IMG/VR virus record: IMGVR_UViG_3300042402_003740
Location: 28,328-92,327 of that record
Origin: a virus
DNA length: 64,000 nt
Reading direction: 5' to 3' (one strand)
A program made the translations under genes and the position numbers. The notes beneath the pieces are model-generated. The model ran no database searches. It saw only the letters and a list, made by a program, of their open reading frames with translations, and was not told where the DNA came from. This document shows positions 29,489-38,138 of this stretch, piece after piece. How positions within the stretch are numbered: the first letter of the stretch is position 1; every line of letters starts with the position of its first letter.

Positions 29489-29938
29489 TTAGTCGTCTAC
29501 AGGTTCGTCGTGACCAGAGTGTGGATTGTACCGGGTCAGAGGGGTTCTGCGCCGTGACCGCTCACGCTCACGCTCGTCTCTTTCCCGCTCCCGCTGCCCC
29601 CGATCCCGCTCCTCGGCATCACGGCGGCTCTGGGCTTCACGCCCTGGTCGCTTCTTTCCCTCTACCCAATCGCTTGCATCGCTCCAGTTATCGAAATAGC
29701 GGAATTCGTCCTCCCACCGTGCACGGTATCGGGTTCCCCCACCTGTCTCTACCTCGTCAACCGAGCCGCTTCTCTGCCTTTCCTTCCCCTGGCGGTCTGC
29801 TGACTCCTCACCAGAGGTCTGTGCCCTCTTTGCCTTTTCGATTCCTAACTTGCGTCCAACCCGTATGGCTGTGTCACGGACTATGCCCTCTTTCAGAGTC
29901 TTGTCTACAGTTCTTCTAAATTCGGTGTAGTCTTTCAT
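29489..29938 (-). CDS. Charged hypothetical protein with capsid-targeting-like leader
   Basis: MKDYTEFRR...LKE; AGGAG SD; RE-rich tail. Confidence 0.6.
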   Translation of the reverse strand: MKDYTEFRRTVDKTLKEGIVRDTAIRVGRKLGIEKAKRAQTSGEESADRQGKERQRSGSVDEVETGGGTRYRARWEDEFRYFDNWSDASDWVEGKKRPGREAQSRRDAEERDRGQRERERDERERERSRRRTPLTRYNPHSGHDEPVDD

Positions 29939-30062
29939 CCCGATCTCCTGTGTGTATTGCAGCCTTTTCCTATATGTATGAATACCCATTTTCTCCTCCA
30001 GAAACGGTTAGGGTTCCATTAGGAGGGTTAAAAAAGGCTTAAAAAAGGGGGTTGAGCGTGCA

Positions 30063-30374
30063 CTAACGGGGGGAAGGGGGATTGAATCCACCAGTACCGC
30101 TGTTGTATTCGATTCCTTCAAGTGATTTGCGGAATTCAACGGCTCTTTTCTCGGATTCGATCATCGGTGGTGGTTTGGGTGGGACGAATGGGAATCCCAT
30201 GCGGGTGAGTGCGGGAGGCATACGGACACGGGGACGCTGCTGCCCCCAGCCACCCCAGACAGCGGGAGGCGGGGGATTCATATTAATAGGAAGATGGGGC
30301 TGCACTGCACCATTAAGATGCGCCTTCCGAGCCTCTTCACTCTGTAGCCATTCGTTGTATTTACTGCGGTCCAC
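30063..30374 (-). CDS. Pro-rich hypothetical protein
   Basis: GTG start overlapping the stop of the FmdB-like gene. Confidence 0.45.
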   Translation of the reverse strand: MDRSKYNEWLQSEEARKAHLNGAVQPHLPINMNPPPPAVWGGWGQQRPRVRMPPALTRMGFPFVPPKPPPMIESEKRAVEFRKSLEGIEYNSGTGGFNPPSPR

Positions 30375-30657
30375 TTCGGGTTCCCCTTTGCGAAAGCGAG
30401 CGGTCAATGTTCTCACGGACTCGGGGGTTGTACTTTCCGAGTTTGGAGCGCATGGCTTCCATTCTCTCTTTAAAAGCACCCGAGGGTTTAACGCTGCCAT
30501 CCACACCCATAGTGGGGGAGTGTGACCACCCACGGACCACTTGGGGCTTGCCGCATTGGGGGCAGGGTTCACCGCAGGGCTTCTCTCGGTTTGCTATGGT
30601 TTGGATATCGTCCCACTGGTGGGCGCAATGGCGGCACTCGTATTCATAATTAGGCAT
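30361..30657 (-). CDS. FmdB-family zinc-ribbon protein
   Basis: MPNYEYECRHC...PCPQCG; GAGGAG SD. Confidence 0.85.
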   Translation of the reverse strand: MPNYEYECRHCAHQWDDIQTIANREKPCGEPCPQCGKPQVVRGWSHSPTMGVDGSVKPSGAFKERMEAMRSKLGKYNPRVRENIDRSLSQRGTRSGPQ

Positions 30658-30892
30658 AGGCTTTTGCTCCTCTACGGGTATATAGTGGGGAATGGGGAGG
30701 GGGTAAATTCTCCAGAGTGGGGGGTAAATTGTGGGGGGCAGGGTATTCATAGGTTTTGTGTAGTGTGTGCAGGCTGAACTATTCCGAATGGGATCGAAAG
30801 GGGCAAATGCGGGTGGTTTTGAACCAAAATCACCAGATTCTGGTAAAATCAGCCAAAATTCTTCATTTTTACCATTTCAGGCGTCCTGGGGT

Positions 30893-30937
30893 GACCAGGC
30901 ACGCCCGGTGAGCCCGGTGAGCCCGGTGAACCTGGTC
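30893..30937. repeat. (GCCCGGTGA)x3 inside inverted repeat GACCAGG/CCTGGTC
   Basis: Read directly; lies in the divergent intergenic region. Confidence 0.85.
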
Positions 30938-31094
30938 CAGCGATTTTCGAAATATTGGAATTTCGGCTAAAGTCTGCATTCCGTCCAGTCGATACCAGTA
31001 GAGCGAAGGCAAGAGATAGGGGAGGAATTCCACAGAATCTCGGATACGGATATCCGTGATTACCTGACAGAACCCTAACAGGAGGGGCATTGGG

Positions 31095-31154
31095 GGTCCG
31101 ATAATATCGCCCGCCCCGCCGTTTGCTGTAAGTCCTTATAAGACAGAGATTTAC
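31095..31154 (+). promoter_or_regulatory. Compound element: GGTCCGATAATA-GC box plus 27-bp imperfect palindrome
   Basis: GGTCCGATAATATCGCCCGCCCCGCC then GTAAGTCCTT-N7-AGAGATTTAC. Confidence 0.7.
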
Positions 31155-31173
31155 GCTGTTTTAGGGGTTGGGC

Positions 31174-31201
31174 TTGCATCCTGCGCCCGTTCGGGTATAC
31201 T
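31174..31201 (+). promoter_or_regulatory. Early sigma70-type promoter
   Basis: TTGCAT-N16-TATACT. Confidence 0.7.
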
Positions 31202-31283
31202 TGTGGGACGGGAATTCTACGCCCAGAGGGCATAATTCCTAAAAACTGCCGAATTCTGACTTTTTCTCAAAAAGACCAAAACC

Positions 31284-33629
31284 ATGCGAAACACGAAGAA
31301 TACCGTTAATACCGTCCGTGAGGCTACCGCTCGACTTCTCGCCACCGAGAACATCACGGTCATCGAAGACCCGAAGGCTCCTTCGGCGTACTTCGACCTC
31401 AAGTCTCGTACCCTTGGCCTTCCTGTGTGGAAGGACATCACGCAGGAAATGTACGATATGCTTGTTGGTCACGAAGTCGGCCATGCCCTCTTCACGCCGA
31501 ACGGAAACGGCGGTTGGGTTGAGTCTGCAAAGCGCATCGCTGCGGATGCGGGTTTCGCTGGCGACCGTGAGGCGGAAGCCGCTGCACAGTCGTTCCTCAA
31601 TGTTGTTGAGGATGCCCGTATCGAGCGTCTCATCAAGGAACGCTACCCCGGTCTGCGTCGTGACTTCTTCACTGCGTACACGGAGTTTGCGAAGCGTGAC
31701 ATCTTCAAGATTGGTGGCCGTCCCCTCAGCGGTCTTGGTCTTGCCGACCGCCTGAACATCCACTTCAAGATCGGCTTTACGCAGCCTGTGCCGTTCTCCC
31801 CTTCGGAGCGCCAGTTCGTGGAGCGCATGGAGACGGCTGTGACTTGGGAAGAGGTTGTTGCGATTGCGAACGATCTTTTCGAGTTTGAGTCGAATCCGCA
31901 GGGCAATCAGGGACAGGGCAGCACCCCGTCGAACCCCGGCGAGGGTGAAGAGGGCGAAGAGGGTTCGGCTTCGGCTTCGGGTAAGGGTGAGGGCAACGAG
32001 ATGGGTCAGTCGGGCAAGGGCAAGGCTGACGACCAGACCAGTGGCGAGTCGGGTACTGGTGATGCTGATGGCGAGGGCGAATCGCAGGGCGAATCGCAGG
32101 GCGAATCGCAGTCTGAGGGTACGGACGCTTCGGGTAATGATGGCGACTCGGAGTCGCAGTCGGATGGTGACACTGACATCAACGATACCCGTGATGGTTC
32201 AACCACGGAGCGCACTCGGGGTCATGGCGTGAACACGGCCCCCGTGAAGCCCCGTACCGCACAGACTGCGGGTTCGCTTGACAAGGCTTCGTCTGATCTT
32301 CGTGACCAGAATGCCCGTGGTCGCAACTACCTCTACATTCCTCGGGCGGTGAAGCCTGAAGGCTTCGTCATCCCGTTCGGGGAATTCATTGGTGCGTGTC
32401 GCCAGTGGGAAGCAAGCGGTCTGAAGAATCCTACCTACGGCAGCGACCCGAAGATCCGCAAGCGTTCGATTGAGGCGGTGGACAAGCAGATTCGTGACCT
32501 GGTCGAGGACACCCGTGGTTCGATCCAGGCGTTTGTCCGTGAGTTTGAGATGCTGAAGACTGCGGACGAACACCGCCGCACTGTGGAGTCGAAGAGCGGT
32601 CGCCTTGACATGGATCAGGCGTGGAAGTACCGCATCTCGGAAGACCTCTTCAAGGTTGCTACGACGATGCGTGACGGCAAGAACCACGGCTTTGTTATGT
32701 TTATTGACTGGTCGGGTTCGATGCAGCCGAACATGGAGCAGACGATGCGCCAGTTGTACATCCTCTTCCAGTTCTGCAAGAAGGTTGGCATCCCGTTTGA
32801 TGTCTACGCCTTCGGTATCGGCCTCACGGATCGCTCGATGTTCCCGTCGCTTGAAGAGACGGGACGCAAGGCGAATCGCCTGGTGCTTGACGACAAGCGC
32901 AACGAAGTTCAGCCTGATGTGGAACTCCTCCACATCATGTCGAGCCGTGCGAACGCTCGGGATCTTCAGGATGCGTTCCGCTACTGCCTCTGCGCTACGA
33001 GTTACGGATACGGCGACTACCCGCCCGTGACCCTTGGCGGCTCGACTCCGCTTGACTCGACCGTTGTTGTCGCTCGGGACATTGTGAACGAGTTCCGCAA
33101 GGGGACGAAGGTGCAGATCGTCAACACCGTGTTCCTCACGGACGGCGATGCGACCGATGGCCTCTGCAACTACGGAACGAAGGGACACCAGCACTACGCT
33201 GGTCCGACGATTCTTCGTGACGGCCACCGTGAGTGGGCTTCGGAGAATGCAATGTACAGCGGTGGTACTGCTCTCCTGCTCCAGTGGTTCAAGGCGAACA
33301 CGGGAGCAAATCTTGTGGGCATCTTTGTGGCGGGTCGCTTCGGTCATGCGACTCACCACTTCGACCCGTCGATGAAGCAGGAAGACCGTGCGCTTGCGGA
33401 GAAGCAGTTCAAGAGCGACGGTTGGTGTTCGGTGAAGGGTCTTGGGTTTGACCAGTACTTTGTCCTCCGTGGCAATGTGGTCGATACCGAGAAGGCGATG
33501 GACGAATTCGAGCAGCGTGACGGTGGCACGATGACCGCCACGCAGATCAAGAATGCGTACATGAAGGCGGTCGAGAGCCGTAATGGTGCCCGTGGCATGA
33601 TCCACCGTTTCGTCAAGACGGTGGCCTAA
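31284..33629 (+). CDS. CobT-like metallopeptidase/VWA protein
   Basis: HEVGH, NVVEDARIE, acidic linker, MIDAS DWSGSM, STPL, LTDGD. Confidence 0.9.
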   Translation: MRNTKNTVNTVREATARLLATENITVIEDPKAPSAYFDLKSRTLGLPVWKDITQEMYDMLVGHEVGHALFTPNGNGGWVESAKRIAADAGFAGDREAEAAAQSFLNVVEDARIERLIKERYPGLRRDFFTAYTEFAKRDIFKIGGRPLSGLGLADRLNIHFKIGFTQPVPFSPSERQFVERMETAVTWEEVVAIANDLFEFESNPQGNQGQGSTPSNPGEGEEGEEGSASASGKGEGNEMGQSGKGKADDQTSGESGTGDADGEGESQGESQGESQSEGTDASGNDGDSESQSDGDTDINDTRDGSTTERTRGHGVNTAPVKPRTAQTAGSLDKASSDLRDQNARGRNYLYIPRAVKPEGFVIPFGEFIGACRQWEASGLKNPTYGSDPKIRKRSIEAVDKQIRDLVEDTRGSIQAFVREFEMLKTADEHRRTVESKSGRLDMDQAWKYRISEDLFKVATTMRDGKNHGFVMFIDWSGSMQPNMEQTMRQLYILFQFCKKVGIPFDVYAFGIGLTDRSMFPSLEETGRKANRLVLDDKRNEVQPDVELLHIMSSRANARDLQDAFRYCLCATSYGYGDYPPVTLGGSTPLDSTVVVARDIVNEFRKGTKVQIVNTVFLTDGDATDGLCNYGTKGHQHYAGPTILRDGHREWASENAMYSGGTALLLQWFKANTGANLVGIFVAGRFGHATHHFDPSMKQEDRALAEKQFKSDGWCSVKGLGFDQYFVLRGNVVDTEKAMDEFEQRDGGTMTATQIKNAYMKAVESRNGARGMIHRFVKTVA

Positions 33630-33642
33630 AAGGAGGAATCGC

Positions 33643-34098
33643 ATGGCGCAATCAGGACAGGCTCTGTTGGAGAACGCACGGGTGCAAGAGTTCCTGTCCC
33701 TGGTGCGTTCACAGTGCCGCAAGTGTAATGTCAAATTCGTGCTTGCCGATGCGGAGTTTGTCGGCAGCAAGAAGCAAGGGGAGCAACTGCTTGGGTTCTT
33801 TTGGGAACCCTCGCTACACCGCAGGGCACCAGGCGAACTGCGTGTGGCAACAAAGAACCTGCCTGTAAGCGAGTGGATCGTTACCCTCGCACATGAGTAC
33901 GCACACTTTCTACAGTGGTTCCGAGATGATCCTGTTTACCATTGTGACTCTTATCTGGAGATGGAGATCGCAACAGAGCGTGAAGCATTCGAGATCCTGA
34001 AGCGTTTCAAGATCCCCATCAACTACGAAACGGCGAAGCGCAAGTCAAAGAAGTACATTGCGAAGATTCGTCGTGAGGAAAAGGAAAACACCCTATGA
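33643..34098 (+). CDS. HExxH zinc metallopeptidase (ImmA/IrrE-like)
   Basis: TLAHEYAHFLQW...MEIATEREA. Confidence 0.7.
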   Translation: MAQSGQALLENARVQEFLSLVRSQCRKCNVKFVLADAEFVGSKKQGEQLLGFFWEPSLHRRAPGELRVATKNLPVSEWIVTLAHEYAHFLQWFRDDPVYHCDSYLEMEIATEREAFEILKRFKIPINYETAKRKSKKYIAKIRREEKENTL

Positions 34099-34523
34099 AC
34101 AAGCGCAACATCACCATCATTACTCTCATCGTCCTCGGCATCCTCGCCTCGCTTGCTGCTGCGGTTCCCCCGCCCTCGGGCTACGACACAGATCGGATTC
34201 TCCATGCCATTCGTCTGACAGAGACTGGTGGTGAGCGTGACCCGGCGAATGCAGTGGGCGACGGTGGACGGGCGATTGGACCTTTCCAGATCCACCGTGG
34301 TTACTGGCAGGATGCACTTGAGCATGACCCGAGCATTGGTGGCGTGTATGCCGATTGCAAGAACGAAGAGTATGCTCGTCGGGTCGTGCTGGCGTATATG
34401 TCCCGCTACTGCAAGGTGTGGACGGATGAGCGTGTTGCTCGTATCCACAATGGTGGTCCGGCGGGATGGAAGCGAGAGTCAACGCTAGGGTATTGGTCAA
34501 AGGTGCAGCGGCATCTTGACTAA
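34095..34523 (+). CDS. Secreted lysozyme-fold muramidase (i-type/destabilase-like)
   Basis: Signal/TM N-terminus; IRLTETGG, GPFQIHRGYWQDA, ARIHNGGP, GYWSKV. Confidence 0.75.
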   Translation: MNKRNITIITLIVLGILASLAAAVPPPSGYDTDRILHAIRLTETGGERDPANAVGDGGRAIGPFQIHRGYWQDALEHDPSIGGVYADCKNEEYARRVVLAYMSRYCKVWTDERVARIHNGGPAGWKRESTLGYWSKVQRHLD

Positions 34524-34540
34524 ACAGGGCGTGGCGGGGG

Positions 34541-34600
34541 GGCGGGGGCTGCCGTTATTATCGGACCCTTGGCGTAAGTGCTTGTAGTGTAAGGGTTTGC
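34541..34600. promoter_or_regulatory. Compound element copy 2 (box inverted)
   Basis: GGTCCGATAATAACGGCAGCCCCCGCC on minus; GTAAGTGCTT-N7-AAGGGTTTGC. Confidence 0.7.
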
Positions 34601-34607
34601 GTGGGAC

Positions 34608-34636
34608 TTGACATAATCGCCCTTTTTTGGGACAAT
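34608..34636 (+). promoter_or_regulatory. Early promoter, probably leaderless mRNA
   Basis: TTGACA-N17-GACAAT; ATG 7 nt downstream; no SD. Confidence 0.65.
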
Positions 34637-34643
34637 CTTCGAT

Positions 34644-35831
34644 ATGCCTTGGAATAATCACCGCAACCGCTGGAATCATTCATCCGCCTTCTCTTCCGCT
34701 TACACTTCCGCTTACAATGCGGTTGCTGCTGCGGCTACCGCTGCGCTCTCTGGTTTTCCTCCCGCCGATCTGGTGGCTCGGCGTGTGATCCAGTGTCCCC
34801 ACTCGACCCCGTTCAAGGGACTCGACTCCCGCTCTGATGCCGTGGTGCTTGATGTGCCGTTCGGCAAGCGTGGCTCGATTGAGATCCGCCAGTGGGTGAA
34901 GCACATCGGCGGTCGTTGGGACAAGGCGACGAAGCAGTGGACGCTCTCCCGTGCGAAGTGCACGCCTGATGCGATCAAGATCATCAACGAACTGCGCCTG
35001 TACACGGGCAAGACGGTTGCTGCGCCGAAGGCGGCGTTCCTCCCCCGCATCGCCCGAGCGGGTTCCCGCATCATCCTCAAGGTTCCCTACGAGAGCCGCC
35101 ATGAGGCGAAGTCGGCGGGTGCGGCTTGGAGCGTGTCGGATCAATACTGGTATTTCACCGTTCCGCAGACCCTTGACCAGAAGTTCTCCGAGAAGGTTGC
35201 AGACTTTGAGGTGAAGGGATGGGTTTCGATTGAGCACACCGAGCGTGAGATCATCGAAGTTCTGAAGCGGGTTCACGGTATTCGTGCACCGTACACCACT
35301 ACGGCGCAACTCCAGTTTGCTGTGCCGAAGGATGAGGCGGAAGCCCGTTCCAAGTGCTTTGCCGATCCCCTGCCGTTGATTGTCTCTCCTAGCAGGGTGC
35401 AGCACCAGATTCTCGCTGACGAGAAGCAGTTCATCGAGCAGGTGCTCCAAACGGAGTTTGCACAGGGTGGGCTGCATGACAGCGTGGCTACCCGCTATGC
35501 TCTGAAGAACAGTCATGGCTTGTACCACATTCTCACGCTCGGTCGTGGCGACCGAGTTCGTGTTTCGTTCGTGAAGGGTGTCGGCAGTGCAGACCACTCC
35601 TATATGCCGAAGGAAGACGGTCGGCGTGTGTGGGATGTGCTGGTGAAGCAGGGCTACGAGATGGTCGAGCGGATCGACCTCACTGCTTTCCAGTTGTTGG
35701 AGCATTGTGGTACGAACACCACGGGATCGGGCCACAAGCACAGCGAACTTCAACACCACGCCAACATCGTGGTCGATGCCCGTGAGGTCATCACCAATCG
35801 GTTGCACGGAAGGATTCAGTGCCTTCCGTAA
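34644..35831 (+). CDS. Protein with two DUF5710-like modules and a C-terminal ARxxW-family helix
   Basis: LDVPF...GGRWDKATKQW; LKVPYESRHEAKSAGAAW...WY; DGRRVWDVLVKQGY. Confidence 0.7.
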   Translation: MPWNNHRNRWNHSSAFSSAYTSAYNAVAAAATAALSGFPPADLVARRVIQCPHSTPFKGLDSRSDAVVLDVPFGKRGSIEIRQWVKHIGGRWDKATKQWTLSRAKCTPDAIKIINELRLYTGKTVAAPKAAFLPRIARAGSRIILKVPYESRHEAKSAGAAWSVSDQYWYFTVPQTLDQKFSEKVADFEVKGWVSIEHTEREIIEVLKRVHGIRAPYTTTAQLQFAVPKDEAEARSKCFADPLPLIVSPSRVQHQILADEKQFIEQVLQTEFAQGGLHDSVATRYALKNSHGLYHILTLGRGDRVRVSFVKGVGSADHSYMPKEDGRRVWDVLVKQGYEMVERIDLTAFQLLEHCGTNTTGSGHKHSELQHHANIVVDAREVITNRLHGRIQCLP

Positions 35832-35855
35832 TCGTTGACAAATGGGGGCGGCAGC

Positions 35856-35927
35856 GTCCGATAATAACTGCCGCCCCCGCACCCCTCTGAAAGAATTCTT
35901 GTAAATCCTTATCCCGAAAGGGTTTAC
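35856..35927 (+). promoter_or_regulatory. Compound element copy 3
   Basis: GTCCGATAATAACTGCCGCCCCCGC; GTAAATCCTT-N7-AAGGGTTTAC. Confidence 0.7.
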
Positions 35928-35932
35928 AACGC

Positions 35933-35960
35933 TTGTACTGGTTTCCGATTGTGGTATACT
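35933..35960 (+). promoter_or_regulatory. Early promoter
   Basis: TTGTAC-N16-TATACT with extended TG. Confidence 0.65.
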
Positions 35961-36048
35961 CTGTGAGTAGGGGAGAGTCTACCCCCGTTCGGGTTCTGTT
36001 AGGGTTCATTGGTTTCACACTCGCATTCTTTGAAAGGATTGCACACAC

Positions 36049-37317
36049 ATGGCTACTGCCACCGCATCGTCGTTCAAGTTCGCTTCGCTCTCTCGCAAGC
36101 AGCAGACTTTCGTCCGCACCCTTGTGGATGCGGGCATCACCTCCTCGCCTGTGAGCCGTTCGGCTCTCATCGCCGTGTCGGAGGGGCTTGGCATGGCGTA
36201 TCCCCCGGCGTGGATCGCTCAGGACACCTCTCGCCGTGCTGGTCGTGGCGAGTACCTTGTCCCCGAAGTCGAGGAGATTGCGAAGGGCAAGTCGAACGCC
36301 CCTGCCGCTCCGAAGGCGAAGCCTGTTGCTGCGCCTGTCACTGGTGCGACCGAGGCGGTTGCCCATGCGGCTACGCTTCTCGCTGCGACTGGCGGCGACC
36401 GTGCCGACCTCATTCCCGTCACGGTGAATGAGTATGTGCCGTTCGGCAACTACAAGGATCTCGAAGCGATCATCAAGGCGGGTCTGCCGAAGACGAATGT
36501 GTGGATCACGGGTCTGACCGGCAACGGCAAGACGATGATGGTCGAACAGGTCTGTGCGAAGTTGAAGCGTGAGTGCATTCGTGTGCAGATCACGAACCTC
36601 ACCGATGAGGACGATCTCATCGGTGGCTTCCGCCTTGTCAACGGCGAAACCGTGTGGCAGGATGGTCCGGTCGTGCTTGCTCTCACCCGTGGTGCGGTGC
36701 TGCTCCTTGACGAGATCGACTACGGTACGAGCAAGTTGTCGTGCCTCCAGTCGGTGCTTGAGGGCAACGGCGTGTACATCAAGCAGACGAACCGCAAGGT
36801 CACTGCTGCGAAGGGCTTCATCACCATCGCTACGGCGAACACGAAGGGTCAGGGCGATACCTCGGGCAAGTATGTGGGTACGAACGGCATGAACGAAGCG
36901 TTCCTTGAGCGTTTCGGCGTGACCCTTGAGCAGGACTACGCTCCCGCTGCAACGGAGCGCAAGATCATCGAAAAGAAGATGGCTGCGCTCGGCATCGGGG
37001 AGGATTCCCAGTTCGCTGCGGATCTTGTCCAGTGGGCTGATACCACCCGCAAGACCTATGCGGCGGGTGGCTCGGACTCGCTCATCTCCACTCGTCGTCT
37101 GGTGAACATTGTCGAGTTGTTTGGCGTGTTCAAGGACAAGTCGAAGGCGGTGACGCTCGGTATCGCCCGTTTCGACCGTGAGACGAAGGAATCGTTCTGG
37201 AATCTGTGGACGAAGGTGTGTGCCGATGCGACTCCGGCGGCTGATCCGAAGGCTGCTGCGGCAGCGGCGGGTGCGACTGGCACGAAGTCGAGCGACCCCA
37301 ATGCGTGTCCGTTCTGA
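36049..37317 (+). CDS. cobS: CobS/MoxR-like AAA+ ATPase
   Basis: Walker A GLTGNGKT, TDEDDLIGG, Walker B LLLDEID, TANTKG, EAFLERF, ISTRRL. Confidence 0.92.
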   Translation: MATATASSFKFASLSRKQQTFVRTLVDAGITSSPVSRSALIAVSEGLGMAYPPAWIAQDTSRRAGRGEYLVPEVEEIAKGKSNAPAAPKAKPVAAPVTGATEAVAHAATLLAATGGDRADLIPVTVNEYVPFGNYKDLEAIIKAGLPKTNVWITGLTGNGKTMMVEQVCAKLKRECIRVQITNLTDEDDLIGGFRLVNGETVWQDGPVVLALTRGAVLLLDEIDYGTSKLSCLQSVLEGNGVYIKQTNRKVTAAKGFITIATANTKGQGDTSGKYVGTNGMNEAFLERFGVTLEQDYAPAATERKIIEKKMAALGIGEDSQFAADLVQWADTTRKTYAAGGSDSLISTRRLVNIVELFGVFKDKSKAVTLGIARFDRETKESFWNLWTKVCADATPAADPKAAAAAAGATGTKSSDPNACPF

Positions 37318-37346
37318 TCGGTGAGTGTGTGAGTGTGTGAACCCGT

Positions 37347-37381
37347 GGGTGGCACGGACGAAAGATGCCGTGCCACCCTTT
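37347..37381 (+). terminator. Hairpin, terminator-like
   Basis: GGGTGGCACGG...CCGTGCCACCC-TTT after cobS. Confidence 0.6.
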
Positions 37382-37448
37382 GAGTCGATGATCTAAAGGT
37401 AGGATGCCACCTAGTGCGGCAGTGCGGGTTCGACCCCCGCTCGACTCT
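37382..37448 (+). ncRNA. tRNA-like RNA with truncated anticodon arm
   Basis: GAGTCGA/TCGACTC acceptor, ATCT/GGAT D stem, GCGGG-TTCGACC-CCCGC T arm, 15-nt anticodon arm. Confidence 0.65.
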
Positions 37449-37467
37449 TTCGATTGGAGGCGTTAGT

Positions 37468-37830
37468 ATGGCAACGAGAACCAAACGCACGAAGCGCAAG
37501 GCTTGCACCTACGATCCCCGCACCGAAATCCATCCGGTCATCTGGGATTATCATGGTGCTACACCGTGGTATCTCCAGCGTGTGTTCAAGGAAGGGGTGT
37601 TTGGACACCCTAGTGCGGAGAAAGAAACGGTGGTTCTCACACAGGTCTGGCGGCGTGAGGCGAACCTCATGGTCATGGAGCAGTGGGAACACCACCCCGA
37701 CCAGCGGGGTGCGGAACCCTTCAAGCACCAGGGCGAGTGGGTCTACGAAGACATCACCGAAGCCCGCCAGGTGTGGGAAGAGTTCGTGCGTGAAGGTGCA
37801 GTGCAGATCGAAGACGGCAAGATCAGTTAA
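37468..37830 (+). CDS. ARxxW-family early protein
   Basis: GGAGG SD; ITEARQVWEEFVREG. Confidence 0.75.
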   Translation: MATRTKRTKRKACTYDPRTEIHPVIWDYHGATPWYLQRVFKEGVFGHPSAEKETVVLTQVWRREANLMVMEQWEHHPDQRGAEPFKHQGEWVYEDITEARQVWEEFVREGAVQIEDGKIS

Positions 37831-37852
37831 CCCCAAAAGCAGGAGACACACA

Positions 37853-38131
37853 ATGGCGAACGATTTTGATGACTTTGACACCGAGATCCAGTGCGACGAA
37901 CTCATTCCCGCCCACTACGAGGACGAGGACTGGCGTGGACTGACTGCGGAGGAGCGTGACGAGCGTGGCATCCACTCCCTCTGGCGTGAAGAGTGCTTTG
38001 ACGAATCCACCGACGAAGACGAGGACGAACTCTGCGCCGTGTTTGGTGCAGACGATCCCGACAATTTTCTTGGTTCTGAATACGGAGATACGGATGGGGA
38101 TTTCGAGGATGGAGGTGACGATGACTGGTGA
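37853..38131 (+). CDS. Extremely acidic 92-aa protein
   Basis: AGGAG SD; about 37/92 D+E by hand count, no Lys. Confidence 0.75.
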   Translation: MANDFDDFDTEIQCDELIPAHYEDEDWRGLTAEERDERGIHSLWREECFDESTDEDEDELCAVFGADDPDNFLGSEYGDTDGDFEDGGDDDW

Positions 38132-38138
38132 AAATCCA

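Noticed and set aside
30060-30745. Cluster of GGGNAGGG KOPS or G-quadruplex motifs
   Set aside because: Largely explained by CCC Pro codons on the coding minus strand; no independent support.
32076-32111. GGCGAATCGCAG x3 repeat
   Set aside because: Encodes GESQ repeats in the acidic linker of the CobT-like protein; ordinary slippage.
34551-34617. Complete dif site
   Set aside because: XerC-like and XerD-like half-sites are in the wrong order and about 40 bp apart; the latter coincides with a -35 box.
32199-35882. Long minus-strand ORFs 32199..33770 and 34680..35882
   Set aside because: Antisense shadows of strongly codon-biased plus-strand genes; no motifs or SD.
37382-37448. Amber suppressor or tRNA-Pyl implying stop-codon recoding
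   Set aside because: The anticodon arm is non-canonical, TAG terminates genes normally (e.g. 17221, 40872, 54050) and conserved genes are intact under code 11.
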